Assembly: GCA_964423885.1 (NCBI GenBank)
Contig: CAYRGD010000001.1
Span: 237,474-292,834 of the forward strand
From: an uncultured Candidatus Saccharibacteria bacterium
GTDB taxonomy: Bacteria; Patescibacteriota; UBA1384; JACPKC01
Direction of reading: 5' to 3'
DNA: 55,361 bases
Below the pieces are notes generated by a model. That model did no database searches. It saw only the letters and a program-made list of their open reading frames with translations, and was not told the DNA's origin. Below, piece after piece: positions 46,456 through 55,242 of this stretch (positions are counted from its first letter, which is position 1; each line of letters starts with the position of its first letter). A program made the position numbers and the translations under genes.

Positions 46456-47784
46456 TTACGACCGTGAGCGGTGCCGCTCGATCCAGCCTGCAGGCGAGTT
46501 GCTTTTATGTCCTTTGCCGCGGTCGTCTTGGCTGGATTTCGTCATGTAGATTTTGTGCGGGAAGAACAGCACCTGTCCAGCCCTGGTCTTTGCCACCGTA
46601 AGCATGACGCGCACGCCGTCGCCATAAATCTGCTGATGGCCCAAGCCGCGCAGTTCAAACGTGGCGTAATCGGATACAAACTCTTTGGGGCGGGGATAAT
46701 TCACAAACCCATCGACATCGTGAAGGAGCTTAATACCTCCAACAATCTTCCCTCCGGCCTGCCCGCTGTTTGCAAGAATGATCGCCATGCCCTTATCGTC
46801 CTGCTCTTTGATCTTTGCAATGAGCGGCGAAAGCTTGTCGTGTAACGCATCGATCAAGCCTTGCTGCTGATCGGGATCCCGGCTGATAGCCCCGGCCTGC
46901 CCTGCACTTATTCCCTTTAATACCCGTTTCCAGTCGACCTGGTTCGTGAGCGCATTATTGATCGGGTCAAGATCGACAAAGTCGAACTCGCCAACCCTCG
47001 GCTGTGTTTCGACACGCGTCGGTTCGGCGTAGCGGCGGGTAAAAAATTCAAGGTTCGCGTACGGCTCGGTGATCTCCTGGTCCGGGGACATTCCCAAGAT
47101 CTTCGCCAGGTTGTCGGCTGTCACGATCGACTTGTTTTCTTTGATTTCAAGGAAGCTACCGACACCGAGCACACCCCGCTCTCCGGACACGTCAGTGAAT
47201 TGGACGCCTTGATCGACATTGACGACAAGACCGCCATATCGGAAGGACGTACGCTCCTTCCTTACTGTACGTTCGGGCAAGTCCTTTTCGGCAACCGCTT
47301 CAAGCACCTTGATAGCCGACTCAATATCCATGGCGGTCGAATGAACGATCCGTTCCTCTCCGACACCCGCCGCCTTCTGCGCGGCACTCTTATGAACAAG
47401 GCGAACAACGGGCTCATCGGGAACCGGAGTATCGGCCTTGGTTTCCTGAAAACTCTCTTCTCGCAGGCGCACATATTCCGAATGGAACGTAGGCTGCGTG
47501 CCGGCCGGTATGACATAGCAGTCGGTCTGGTACGAGCGCGACACAAGCTTCGCACCGTCAAGCGCCGCCAGCTTGGCGTGCACGTCGGCCGCATTCTCAA
47601 GGTGAAACTTGACCTGTCTCTCGGTTACTGGCTCGTGCTCGGTCGAGTACTCCGTTTCTATCGATGAGCTGCGTAAGTCGTTATAGAGCTCAAGCAAGGA
47701 ATCCGGCTTCGAGACTTCTGCCTGCTCGCCAGATGGTTCGTCATGACGCAGTTCCGGACTTGGACTAAAGGCTCCGATAGGCAT
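46456..47784 (-). CDS. CYTH (CyaB/ThTPase)-like domain fused to an uncharacterised C-terminal domain
   Basis: 442 aa. Residues ~55-235 follow the CYTH pattern: RQVKFHL in place of ExExK, SYQTDCYVIP, YVRLRE, and VRKERTSFRYGGLVVNVDQGV...LGSFLEIKE. The C-terminal ~190 aa (AIILANSGQAGGKIVGG...) is unrecognised. GC is lower than in neighbouring genes. Confidence 0.55.
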   Translation of the reverse strand: MPIGAFSPSPELRHDEPSGEQAEVSKPDSLLELYNDLRSSSIETEYSTEHEPVTERQVKFHLENAADVHAKLAALDGAKLVSRSYQTDCYVIPAGTQPTFHSEYVRLREESFQETKADTPVPDEPVVRLVHKSAAQKAAGVGEERIVHSTAMDIESAIKVLEAVAEKDLPERTVRKERTSFRYGGLVVNVDQGVQFTDVSGERGVLGVGSFLEIKENKSIVTADNLAKILGMSPDQEITEPYANLEFFTRRYAEPTRVETQPRVGEFDFVDLDPINNALTNQVDWKRVLKGISAGQAGAISRDPDQQQGLIDALHDKLSPLIAKIKEQDDKGMAIILANSGQAGGKIVGGIKLLHDVDGFVNYPRPKEFVSDYATFELRGLGHQQIYGDGVRVMLTVAKTRAGQVLFFPHKIYMTKSSQDDRGKGHKSNSPAGWIERHRSRS

Positions 47785-47820
47785 GGATATACCTTACCAC
47801 ATCGACGCCCCGAAGCCCGA

Positions 47821-48726
47821 TCATCCCCACTCCCCTACTAACGAGATTTCCAACTGCAAATCGTGGCCGGTTTTTTGCAAGACCTGGTCGTGCACGAAAT
47901 CGATGAGCCGCTTGACGTCCGTCGCGGTAGCAGCGCCCAGGTTGACGATGTAGTTGGCGTGCTGCTGCGACACCTCGGCGTCGCCCATGCGGGTACCCTT
48001 TAGGCCGCATTCCGCATCGATCAGGCGCCCGGCGCCCACGCCGTCGATCTTCTTGAACACCGACCCGCACGACGGATATTCGGCAAGCTGCGGCTGTTTA
48101 GCGTAACGCCAGGCCAGGTTATCCTCGATCTGCGCGCGGATCTCAGCTTCCAGCTTCGGCTGGAGCCGGAAGGTCGCCGACAATACGATCGTTTCTTCAT
48201 GATGCAGTCGGCTGTCATCGTAGCCGAAGGCGAAAAAGTCGCGGTCGACCTGGTGGACCTGGCCGTCGGGCAACAGCACCTCGGCCCGGTCGAGGATGTC
48301 ACCGATGTAGAGCGTGTCGGTGCGATCGGGCGTCAGGAAATGCAGGTTCTGCCAGAGTGCACCGCCGACGGTGCTCGGGATACCCGCGAAATGCTCGAGG
48401 CCCGACAAGCTATTGGTGGCGGTGTACTCAATGAGATCGGCGATCGTAGCGCCGCTTGCCGCCGTGAGTTCGGTGCTATGAAGCGCGTAGTGCGCCGCCC
48501 GGTTACGGATCACCAAGCCGCGGACGCCATGGTCGCTCACCAAAATATTGGCACCGGTACCGAGCACGAAATACGGCATACGCTCGGCGCGGGCTGCAGT
48601 AATCGCGCGGACAAGCTGGTCGGTACTTGCCGTCTCAAAAAACCAGTCGGCCGGCCCGCCGATCTTGTAGGTGGTGTACGGCGCTACAGCCACACCGCGT
48701 CGGATACCGGGCAAATCTCGTACCAT
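47821..48726 (-). CDS. murB: UDP-N-acetylenolpyruvoylglucosamine reductase
   Basis: 301 aa from ATG 48726 (MVRDLPGIRRGVAVAPYTTYKIGGPADWFFE, LGTGANILV, ...GSVFKK). The longer track ORF would overlap RNase P RNA and is rejected. Confidence 0.9.
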   Translation of the reverse strand: MVRDLPGIRRGVAVAPYTTYKIGGPADWFFETASTDQLVRAITAARAERMPYFVLGTGANILVSDHGVRGLVIRNRAAHYALHSTELTAASGATIADLIEYTATNSLSGLEHFAGIPSTVGGALWQNLHFLTPDRTDTLYIGDILDRAEVLLPDGQVHQVDRDFFAFGYDDSRLHHEETIVLSATFRLQPKLEAEIRAQIEDNLAWRYAKQPQLAEYPSCGSVFKKIDGVGAGRLIDAECGLKGTRMGDAEVSQQHANYIVNLGAATATDVKRLIDFVHDQVLQKTGHDLQLEISLVGEWG

Positions 48727-48745
48727 ACGGAATGAGTGTACCAAA

Positions 48746-48776
48746 CAACATACTCCTCGGATGGAGGAGTATGTTG
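48746..48776 (-). terminator. Hairpin immediately 3' of RNase P RNA
   Basis: Perfect 13-bp stem CAACATACTCCTC / GAGGAGTATGTTG with a 5-nt loop between rnpB and murB. The U-tract is weak. Confidence 0.45.
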
Positions 48777-49141
48777 GCGCAAACGTGCTCATAAGCCGGG
48801 TTCTGTCTTGGTTGCCCAAGGACAGGCATCTATCTCAAGCGTCCGGACCTGGGGACGTCGCTGCGAGCCGCAGCATGTGACGACGGTCAGGCCCACCGGA
48901 CTTGCACCACGGAAGCGTTTTGCACTGCGCAGCCTTCCGACTGCGCACTGTGAGCTCTTACCTCACCGCTTTTCACCCTTGCCTGTGCGTGACTTGCGCC
49001 ACGCCATCGGCGGTATGGTCTCTGTGCCACTGTCTCTGGCCTCACGGCCGCCCCGCGTAAACGGGGTGCGCTGCTCTACGGTGCCCGGACTTTCCTCTCA
49101 ACCTGTAAGGATCAAGCGCCTGTCACGGCACGTTTGCGGCT
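48777..49141 (-). ncRNA. rnpB: RNase P RNA (bacterial type A)
   Basis: Minus-strand motifs are GAGGAAAGTCCGGGC (49097-49083), GGCAAGGGTGAAAAGCGGTGAGGTAAGAGC (48983-48954) and ACAGAACCCGGCTTAT (48806-48791). P1 pairs GCAAACGTGC (about 49137-49128) with GCACGTTTGC (48788-48779). Ends are approximate to within about 5 nt. Confidence 0.9.
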
Positions 49142-49169
49142 GGGATCATAGCACGATCCGCCGGGCGGA

Positions 49170-49694
49170 TCAACAGATACCGGTGATACCGCAGGGTTCG
49201 ATGCCGGGTACCGTGTCGTCTGATCCGCCAGATTCGCTGCCGGAGCCGCCGGTACTCCCGCCACCAACCCCTTGCTCCGGCGTACCGGGAACGTTCGTAT
49301 CGGGTGCCTGCGTACCAGTACTCGTCGAGCCACTTGTCGAGCTGGTCCCTTGCGAACAGTTCGGGTCGACCCCGCCGGGCAGGTTCGGGATCGCGCAGAG
49401 CGTATTAATAATGACCGGCACGAGCAGGATGAGCGCCACACCGGTCACCGCCGCGATGATCCAGGCCTTGGCCTCGTTGATCCGCCCCGGGTCGCCGAGT
49501 GAGGTGATATAGATGTACCCGGCATAGATGACGGCCAAGAAGGCCAGTATGGCGATGATCGGGACTGCGATCTTGTATAGCTCAGACAGATTCTCGGCAA
49601 GCGTCAATTTGGGATTGATAAGCGACTGGGCATGGGCTGCGGATGCAAAGAACATCGTCAGCATACCCGCCATAATTGTCGCCCGTCGGATCAT
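49170..49694 (-). CDS. TrbC/VirB2-like pilin with a long Ser/Thr/Gly-rich, Cys-terminated tail
   Basis: 174 aa with a signal peptide (MLTMFFASAAHA). The two-helix core IAVPIIAILAFLAVIYAGYIYITSLGDPGRINEAKAWIIAAVTGVALILLVPVII resembles VirB2/TrbC-type pilins. It is followed by a ~70-aa low-complexity tail ending CGITGIC. Confidence 0.55.
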   Translation of the reverse strand: MIRRATIMAGMLTMFFASAAHAQSLINPKLTLAENLSELYKIAVPIIAILAFLAVIYAGYIYITSLGDPGRINEAKAWIIAAVTGVALILLVPVIINTLCAIPNLPGGVDPNCSQGTSSTSGSTSTGTQAPDTNVPGTPEQGVGGGSTGGSGSESGGSDDTVPGIEPCGITGIC

Positions 49695-49712
49695 GCATCC
49701 CTCCTGCGGTAC

Positions 49713-52209
49713 TTACAGCTTCGCCGAGACGCTTGGGCTCGTCAAGCGCATGGCTGCCGACGACTGTGCGCCGTGCTGGCGTAATGCGTCGGCAAGGTAG
49801 TGTCCGGTAAGCGAACCGTCGACTGCCGCCACCTGCTCCGGTGTACCTGCTGCCACCAACTTGCCGCCGGCAACACCGCCGCCCGGCCCCATGTCGATCA
49901 CCCAGTCGGCCGATTTGATCATGTCGAGGTTGTGTTCGATCACCAGCACCGAGTTGCCCCGGTCGACCAACGCCTGCAACAGATGCAGCAAGTTACGGAC
50001 GTCTTCGCGCCAAATCGGTCGCGAGCTTGATCCGCTGCGCCTCGCCGCCCGACAGCGTGGTGGCCGATTGGCCAAGGCCCAAGTACCCCAATCCGACCGA
50101 TACCAGCACCTCAAGCTTACTAGCCACGGCCGGCACGTCGGCGAAGAACTCGTGCGCCTCGCGGATCGTCATAGCCAGTACGTCTGCGATAGTCTGTTCC
50201 TTATAGAGGACGTCGAGGATGTCGGCTTTGTACCGGCTGCCGCCGCAGTCCTCGCAGGTGACGTAGACGTCGGGCAGGAAGTGCATTTCGTACTGGATCA
50301 TGCCGTCGCCCTTGCAGGTTTCGCAGCGGCCGCCGCGGACATTGAAGCTGAAGTGGCCCGCGTCGTACTTCCGTTCGACGGCCAGCGGGGTGGCTGCGAA
50401 CAGGTCGCGGATCGGGCCGAAGACGTTCGTGTATGTGGCCGGGTTGGAACGGGGGGTGCGTCCGATCGGGGTCTGGTCGACGCTGATCACCTTGTCGATG
50501 TACTCAAGCCCGTGGATCGCGTCATGGTCGCCGGCCGGCTGCTTCGCCCGATGGAACCGCCGCGCTAACGCCTTCGACAGCACATCGAGCACGAGCGTGG
50601 ATTTGCCCGATCCCGACACGCCGGTCACGCAGACGAACGATTCGAGCGGAATGTCCACCGACAAGCCGTCGATGTTGTTGCTGCGGACGCCGGTGAGCGA
50701 CAAGCGCTTCCCGCTTTGGCGGCGGGCGGCTGGAATGCCGACCGAGCGCTGGCCCGACAAGTATTGTGCGGTCAACGAATCCTGGCGCAGCAGCTCGTCG
50801 AGCGTCCCTTGCGCCACGATCCGGCCGCCGTCGGTGCCCGCACCCGGACCGATATCGACGACGTAGTCCGCGGCGGCGATGATCTGCGCGTCGTGCTCAA
50901 CCACGATCATGGTGTTGCCCAGGTCGCGGAGCGACAGCATGGTCGCGGTCAGCTGTTCAAGATTGTGCGGGTGCAAGCCGATCGACGGCTCGTCAAGCAC
51001 GTAGAGGATACCGGTCAGTCCGGATCCGAGCTGGGTTGCCAGCCGGATCCGCTGCGCCTCGCCGCCAGCAAGCGTGTCGGCGCTCCGTCCGAGCGTCAGG
51101 TAGCCGAGACCGACCTGCTGCAAAAACCCGAGCCGCAGCTGGATATCGCGCACGATCGGCTCGACGATCGCTTGGAGCGCCGGTTCGGCGGCAATCGGCG
51201 TATCAAGGAAGAGCAGCGCCGCCTCGTCGACCGAACGGCCGGTGATATCGGCGATCGAGACGCCGGCAACCGTCACGGCGAGCGACTCGGCCTTGAGACG
51301 TTTGCCCCGGCAGGTCGAACACTGTTCGTCGCGCATGTAGCGCTCAAGTTCACCACGGACGTAGGATGAGTCGGTATCCCGGTAGCGTTGTTCGAGATGC
51401 GGGATAATTCCTTCGAACACGCCGTCGATGCCGTACAGGAGCTGTTCCCGTTCGGTATCCGAAAAATTTCCGACCGGCACATGAATATTGAGCTCCGTCC
51501 GGCGGTCGATGTGGTCGAGCACGCGCTGGATACTCTGGCCCTGGTTGCCCAAGCGGGACCACGGCCGGATCGCGCCCTCGGCCAGCGTCAGGCGCGGATT
51601 CGGCAGCAGGAGCGACGGATCCATGACCCGGCGGATGCCCAGTCCCTGGCAGGCATCACACGCGCCTTGCGGGCTGTTGAAGGAAAATGTGCCGAGTGTG
51701 ATATCGGGATACGTGCGATCGCAGGCGTCGCAGTACAGCTGTTTATTCGGTTTACGGCCGGACGTTTTACGTTTTTTCTGCTTCGCAGGTAGGTCTGCCC
51801 GGACAGCCAGCACCTGGCCGCACGCCGTGCAGTGGGGCGTGCCTGCGCGGGCGTAGAGCAGGCGGAGATAATCGTAGATCTCGCTCATGGTACCGACCGT
51901 CGACCGCGGACTTTGGGTCGCACTGCGCTGGTCGATCGAGATCGCCGGCGTCAGGCCTTGGATCTGGTCGACGTCGGGTTTCTGGAGCGTCCCCAGGAAT
52001 TGGCGCGCGTACGACGACAGCGACTCGACGTAGCGCCGCTGACCTTCGGCGAAGATCGTGTCGAACGCGAGCGACGACTTGCCCGAACCCGACAAGCCGG
52101 TAAAGACGGTGAGTTTACCGCGCGGCACCGTGAGCGAGACGTTCTGCAGGTTATGGACCCGCGCGCCCTCGACGACGATGCCGTCCTGATTCGGTTGGTG
52201 CTTCGCCAT
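49713..52209 (-). pseudogene. uvrA: Excinuclease ABC subunit A with an internal out-of-frame deletion in the second ATPase domain
   Basis: ORF 49993-52275 (true start probably ATG 52209, [21 protein letters not shown]) carries [14 protein letters not shown], zinc fingers, [11 protein letters not shown] and ...[18 protein letters not shown], then stops. The +1 frame continues as [44 protein letters not shown] (ORF 49713-50114). The expected ~18 aa containing the Walker B (..TLYILDEPTTGLHF) are missing at about 50003-50013. Confidence 0.8.
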
Positions 52210-52360
52210 ACGTTCCCCGCTCGTCGGATACCGAATGAATTGGGAGAGTATAGCCTCGGTTCGCGCGACTTGCAAGCGTGGTACGGGCTCTGCTACGCTC
52301 GCGGCAAGTACTTAGCTCTCAAATGCGCGTGCGGGAGGGGCCGGCGCATCAGGAGGTGAT

Positions 52361-52873
52361 ATGTTTGAAGGCGTTGGACAAGACGGCGTAGCCGGCCCCG
52401 GAACCGTTGTCGGAGCGAACGTAAAACTGACCGGTACGATCAGCGACGTGAATGATATCACTGTCCACGGCACGGTCGAGGGCGAGGTGATTTCGGACAA
52501 GACGGTAGTCATCGCCGAAACCGCGGCGGTCAAAGGACCGGTCACGGCGCAGGTGGTGAGTATTTCGGGCCGGGTGAACGGCTCGATCACCGCGCACCAG
52601 AAGCTGGAACTGTTGCCGACCGGCCAGATCAACGGCTCGATCACGACCAAGGATCTCAATATCAAGTCGGGTGCGGTCTTCAACGGCAAGTGCACCATGA
52701 CCGACCACGCGGAACCGGCCGCCCAAGCGCAGCCGGCTCTAAAGAAAGAGAAGCCCAAGGCCGAGACGGAGTCCGATAAAGCGCCGCAACCCGCGCCGAT
52801 CGAGGCAGCCGAGGAGCCGGCCAAGCAGCCCGAAACTGTTCCCGCCGCCCCGACCTTCGAGCTCGAAGACTAA
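52361..52873 (+). CDS. Bactofilin (polymer-forming cytoskeletal protein) with Pro/Ala/Glu-rich tail
   Basis: 170 aa. The repetitive beta-helix pattern VKLTGTISDVNDITVHGTVEGEVISDKTVVIAETAAVKGPVTAQVVSISGRVNGSITAHQKLELLPTGQINGSITTKDLNIKSGAVFNG is typical of DUF583/bactofilin. Confidence 0.85.
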   Translation: MFEGVGQDGVAGPGTVVGANVKLTGTISDVNDITVHGTVEGEVISDKTVVIAETAAVKGPVTAQVVSISGRVNGSITAHQKLELLPTGQINGSITTKDLNIKSGAVFNGKCTMTDHAEPAAQAQPALKKEKPKAETESDKAPQPAPIEAAEEPAKQPETVPAAPTFELED

Positions 52874-52891
52874 GGCGGTACCCGTCCCGCG

Positions 52892-53680
52892 ATGTACTAT
52901 TACATCACCGAACCGGCACGGTCTCGGGAGGATGAACAGGCCGAAGAACGGATCCGCGAACTTCTGATCCGCATGAGCATCGCCGGCGAGTTCGTCACGA
53001 CGTCGCCGACACGCGGCGTCGAGGAGCTGGCCGAGATGGGCGTGGCCAAGAAGTACACCACCTTGGTAGCGATCGGCAGCGAAACGCTCATCAACCACCT
53101 GGGCACACTGCTCGCGGGCACACCGTACGTGTTCGGCGCCATTCCCTTACGCCGGCCCGACGCGCTCGCAGCCGTGAGCGGGATCCGGACCCACGAAGAA
53201 GCGGCCGAGGCCCTGAAGCTGCGCCGTGTCCGGGCCGTATCGATCGCCCGGCTCGAACCGAACAAGTTCTTCGTGACCGAGCTGCGGATGAGCAGCCCGA
53301 CGGACGTCGGCGTGCGGATCAGGATCGACGACGCGCTCGTGGAATCGAACTGCCGCGACCTGACGCTCACTGGCGGCGGCGACCTGACGCTCCGCCATGT
53401 CCGCCTCGACGGCCCGTCCGGGGGGATCTTTCGCCGGCTGTTCGGCGCCAAGCCGACCGAGGTAACCGACTCGTCGTCGTTCCACGGCCGGACGATCGCG
53501 ATCGAAACGGATCAGCCGCAGCCGTTCTATTTAGGATCCGAGCTGTTCGCCCGGACGCCGGTCGCCGTCACGACTATCCCCAACAGCTTGAAAATGGTCA
53601 CCCGCCGTGATACAGTGTCCCCATTATCTGACATCCCCCACGACGGGGCGGAGGCAGTATCGCCGACAAACAACTGGTAA
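52892..53680 (+). CDS. Diacylglycerol kinase/NAD kinase-fold-like protein (degenerate)
   Basis: 262 aa. The layout is reminiscent of the DAGK catalytic domain, but the usual GGDGT is replaced by AIGSETL. The assignment is tentative. Confidence 0.4.
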   Translation: MYYYITEPARSREDEQAEERIRELLIRMSIAGEFVTTSPTRGVEELAEMGVAKKYTTLVAIGSETLINHLGTLLAGTPYVFGAIPLRRPDALAAVSGIRTHEEAAEALKLRRVRAVSIARLEPNKFFVTELRMSSPTDVGVRIRIDDALVESNCRDLTLTGGGDLTLRHVRLDGPSGGIFRRLFGAKPTEVTDSSSFHGRTIAIETDQPQPFYLGSELFARTPVAVTTIPNSLKMVTRRDTVSPLSDIPHDGAEAVSPTNNW

Positions 53681-54150
53681 ATGAAGCGATCCGGCACCCC
53701 GATGTCATCCTGATTGACGAACGCGGGACGAACCACGGGGTCATGAGCCGGGAGCAGGCGTTCTTCATCGCCAGCGACGCCGGACTCGACGTCGTCCTTG
53801 TCAGCAGCCGTCCGCCTACGCCGGTCGTCCGATTGAAAGACGTCGGCAAGGAACGGTACGAAGTAGAAAAGCGGGCACGGAAACACAAAGCGCAGCAGCG
53901 CTCCGGCGGCATGAAGGAAATCCAGCTGTCATTCCGCATCGACGAGCACGACTTCCAGACCAAATTGCGGAAAGCCAAGGGATTCCTGGAAGACGGCGAC
54001 CGGATCAAACTCTTTATGCGCCTCATCGGACGCGAAAACGCCTTCCCTGAACAAGCCAAGGAAAAACTCCATCGCTTCGCCGCCGAACTCGGCCGGCCGG
54101 TGGACACGCTCGACAAGCAGGGCAGCCGGATCACCGCGATCCTGAAATAA
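53659..54150 (+). CDS. infC: Translation initiation factor IF-3, predicted non-AUG (AUC) start
   Basis: The conserved IF-3 N-domain (VNEAIRHPDVILIDERGTNHGVMSREQA) lies upstream of the first ATG (53743). The frame is open only from 53632 and contains no ATG/GTG/TTG. ATC at 53659 sits 4 nt after GGAGG (53650-53654). The C-domain IQLSFRIDEHDFQTKLRKAKGFLEDGDRIKLFMRLIGRE is canonical. Confidence 0.8.
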   Translation: MADKQLVNEAIRHPDVILIDERGTNHGVMSREQAFFIASDAGLDVVLVSSRPPTPVVRLKDVGKERYEVEKRARKHKAQQRSGGMKEIQLSFRIDEHDFQTKLRKAKGFLEDGDRIKLFMRLIGRENAFPEQAKEKLHRFAAELGRPVDTLDKQGSRITAILK

Positions 54151-54161
54151 CCGGAGACATC

Positions 54162-54362
54162 ATGAGCAAACTCAAAACCCACAAGTCGGCCGCCAAACGG
54201 ATCCGCCGCAAGACGAAAGCCGGATTGTATGCCGGACTCGCGATGAGCGCCCAACACCGCACGACCGGCAAATCGTCGCGCGTCCAGCAGGCTGCCGGCA
54301 AAGCACGCACGTTGAGCGATGCGAACCGCCGACGCCTTGCCAAACTCCTTCCGTACCTCTAA
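54162..54362 (+). CDS. rpmI: 50S ribosomal protein L35
   Basis: 66 aa. MSKLKTHKSAAKRIRRKTKAG is canonical for L35, in infC-rpmI-rplT order. Confidence 0.93.
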   Translation: MSKLKTHKSAAKRIRRKTKAGLYAGLAMSAQHRTTGKSSRVQQAAGKARTLSDANRRRLAKLLPYL

Positions 54363-54373
54363 GCTAGCCAATC

Positions 54374-54727
54374 ATGTCCCGAGTCAAACGCGGCACCCAA
54401 ACCCGGAAACGGCATAAGAACCTTCTCAAGCGGACGAAGGGCTTCCTGCATGGGCGTAAGAACCTGGTCAAGGTCGCCCGGCAAGCCAGCCTTCGCGCCA
54501 TGCACAACGCGTTCCGCGACCGGCGGACCAAGAAGCGCGTGTTCCGCAGTTTGTGGATCGTCCGCCTGAACGCGGCGCTCCGGACGCACGACCTGACCTA
54601 CTCGACGTTTATCCCGCTCCTCAAGAAATCGAACCTCGGACTCAACCGCAAGGTACTGTCCGAGCTTGCGGTCGAAAACCCGGCAGCCTTCGACGCTGTG
54701 GTCGCCAAGGCCAAAGCCGCCGCCTAA
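54374..54727 (+). CDS. rplT: 50S ribosomal protein L20
   Basis: 117 aa. MSRVKRGTQTRKRHKNLLKRTKGF...AFRDRRTKKRVFRSLWIVRLNAA is canonical for L20. Confidence 0.95.
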   Translation: MSRVKRGTQTRKRHKNLLKRTKGFLHGRKNLVKVARQASLRAMHNAFRDRRTKKRVFRSLWIVRLNAALRTHDLTYSTFIPLLKKSNLGLNRKVLSELAVENPAAFDAVVAKAKAAA

Positions 54728-55104
54728 CGCTTACGGGCGAGCGACAACACGATAAGCCCTGCGATGCCGCCCGTAATGGCGGCATCTGCTATGTTCCAGT
54801 GCAACGGGATATGCGGCAGCACGAATGGGTCGATGACGGCCCCGACACGGAACCGGTCGGCAAGATTGCCTGCGATGCCACCGAGTACGACGCCCCAGAG
54901 GCAGCGTTCCGCCAGACGCGCCGTACTGGACCCGTATAGCCAGGCAACGGCGCCGAGGGCGGCCAGGACAGCCACGGCCACGGCGACCGGATGCTCTCCA
55001 GCGAACCCGTAGGCGACGCCCGGATTCCGCACCGAGGCGGCTACGAACAGCCGTTTGGATACCTGGTCAGCCAGAAATACGGCAAGGGCGGCAAGTAGTG
55101 GCAT
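54724..55104 (-). CDS. lspA: Lipoprotein signal peptidase (signal peptidase II), short form
   Basis: 126 aa with LADQVSK, NPGVAYGF, GGIAGNLADR and WNIADAAI, matching the LspA conserved boxes. It converges on rplT with a 4-nt overlap. Confidence 0.8.
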   Translation of the reverse strand: MPLLAALAVFLADQVSKRLFVAASVRNPGVAYGFAGEHPVAVAVAVLAALGAVAWLYGSSTARLAERCLWGVVLGGIAGNLADRFRVGAVIDPFVLPHIPLHWNIADAAITGGIAGLIVLSLARKR

Positions 55105-55124
55105 ACCAGTAGTCTACGCTGCAC

Positions 55125-55153
55125 TTGAGCGTCCGCACAGCCACTGGTACGAT
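55125..55153 (+). promoter_or_regulatory. Putative tRNA-Val promoter
   Basis: TTGAGC (55125-55130), 17 nt, TACGAT (55148-55153), 14 nt before the tRNA 5' end. Confidence 0.35.
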
Positions 55154-55167
55154 ACGCGTGTCGGTCC

Positions 55168-55242
55168 GGACCCGTAGCTCAGTGGTAGAGCGTTCGGTTC
55201 ACATCCGAAAGGCCGCTGGTCCGATCCCAGCCGGGTCCACCA
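55168..55242 (+). tRNA. tRNA-Val (anticodon CAC), CCA encoded, atypical T-loop
   Basis: GGACCCGTAGCTCAGTGGTAGAGCGTTCGGTTCACATCCGAAAGGCCGCTGGTCCGATCCCAGCCGGGTCCACCA. The acceptor is GGACCCG/CGGGTCC and the anticodon loop is TT-CAC-AT. The T-loop reads TCCGATC (C where the near-universal U55 is expected). Confidence 0.8.
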
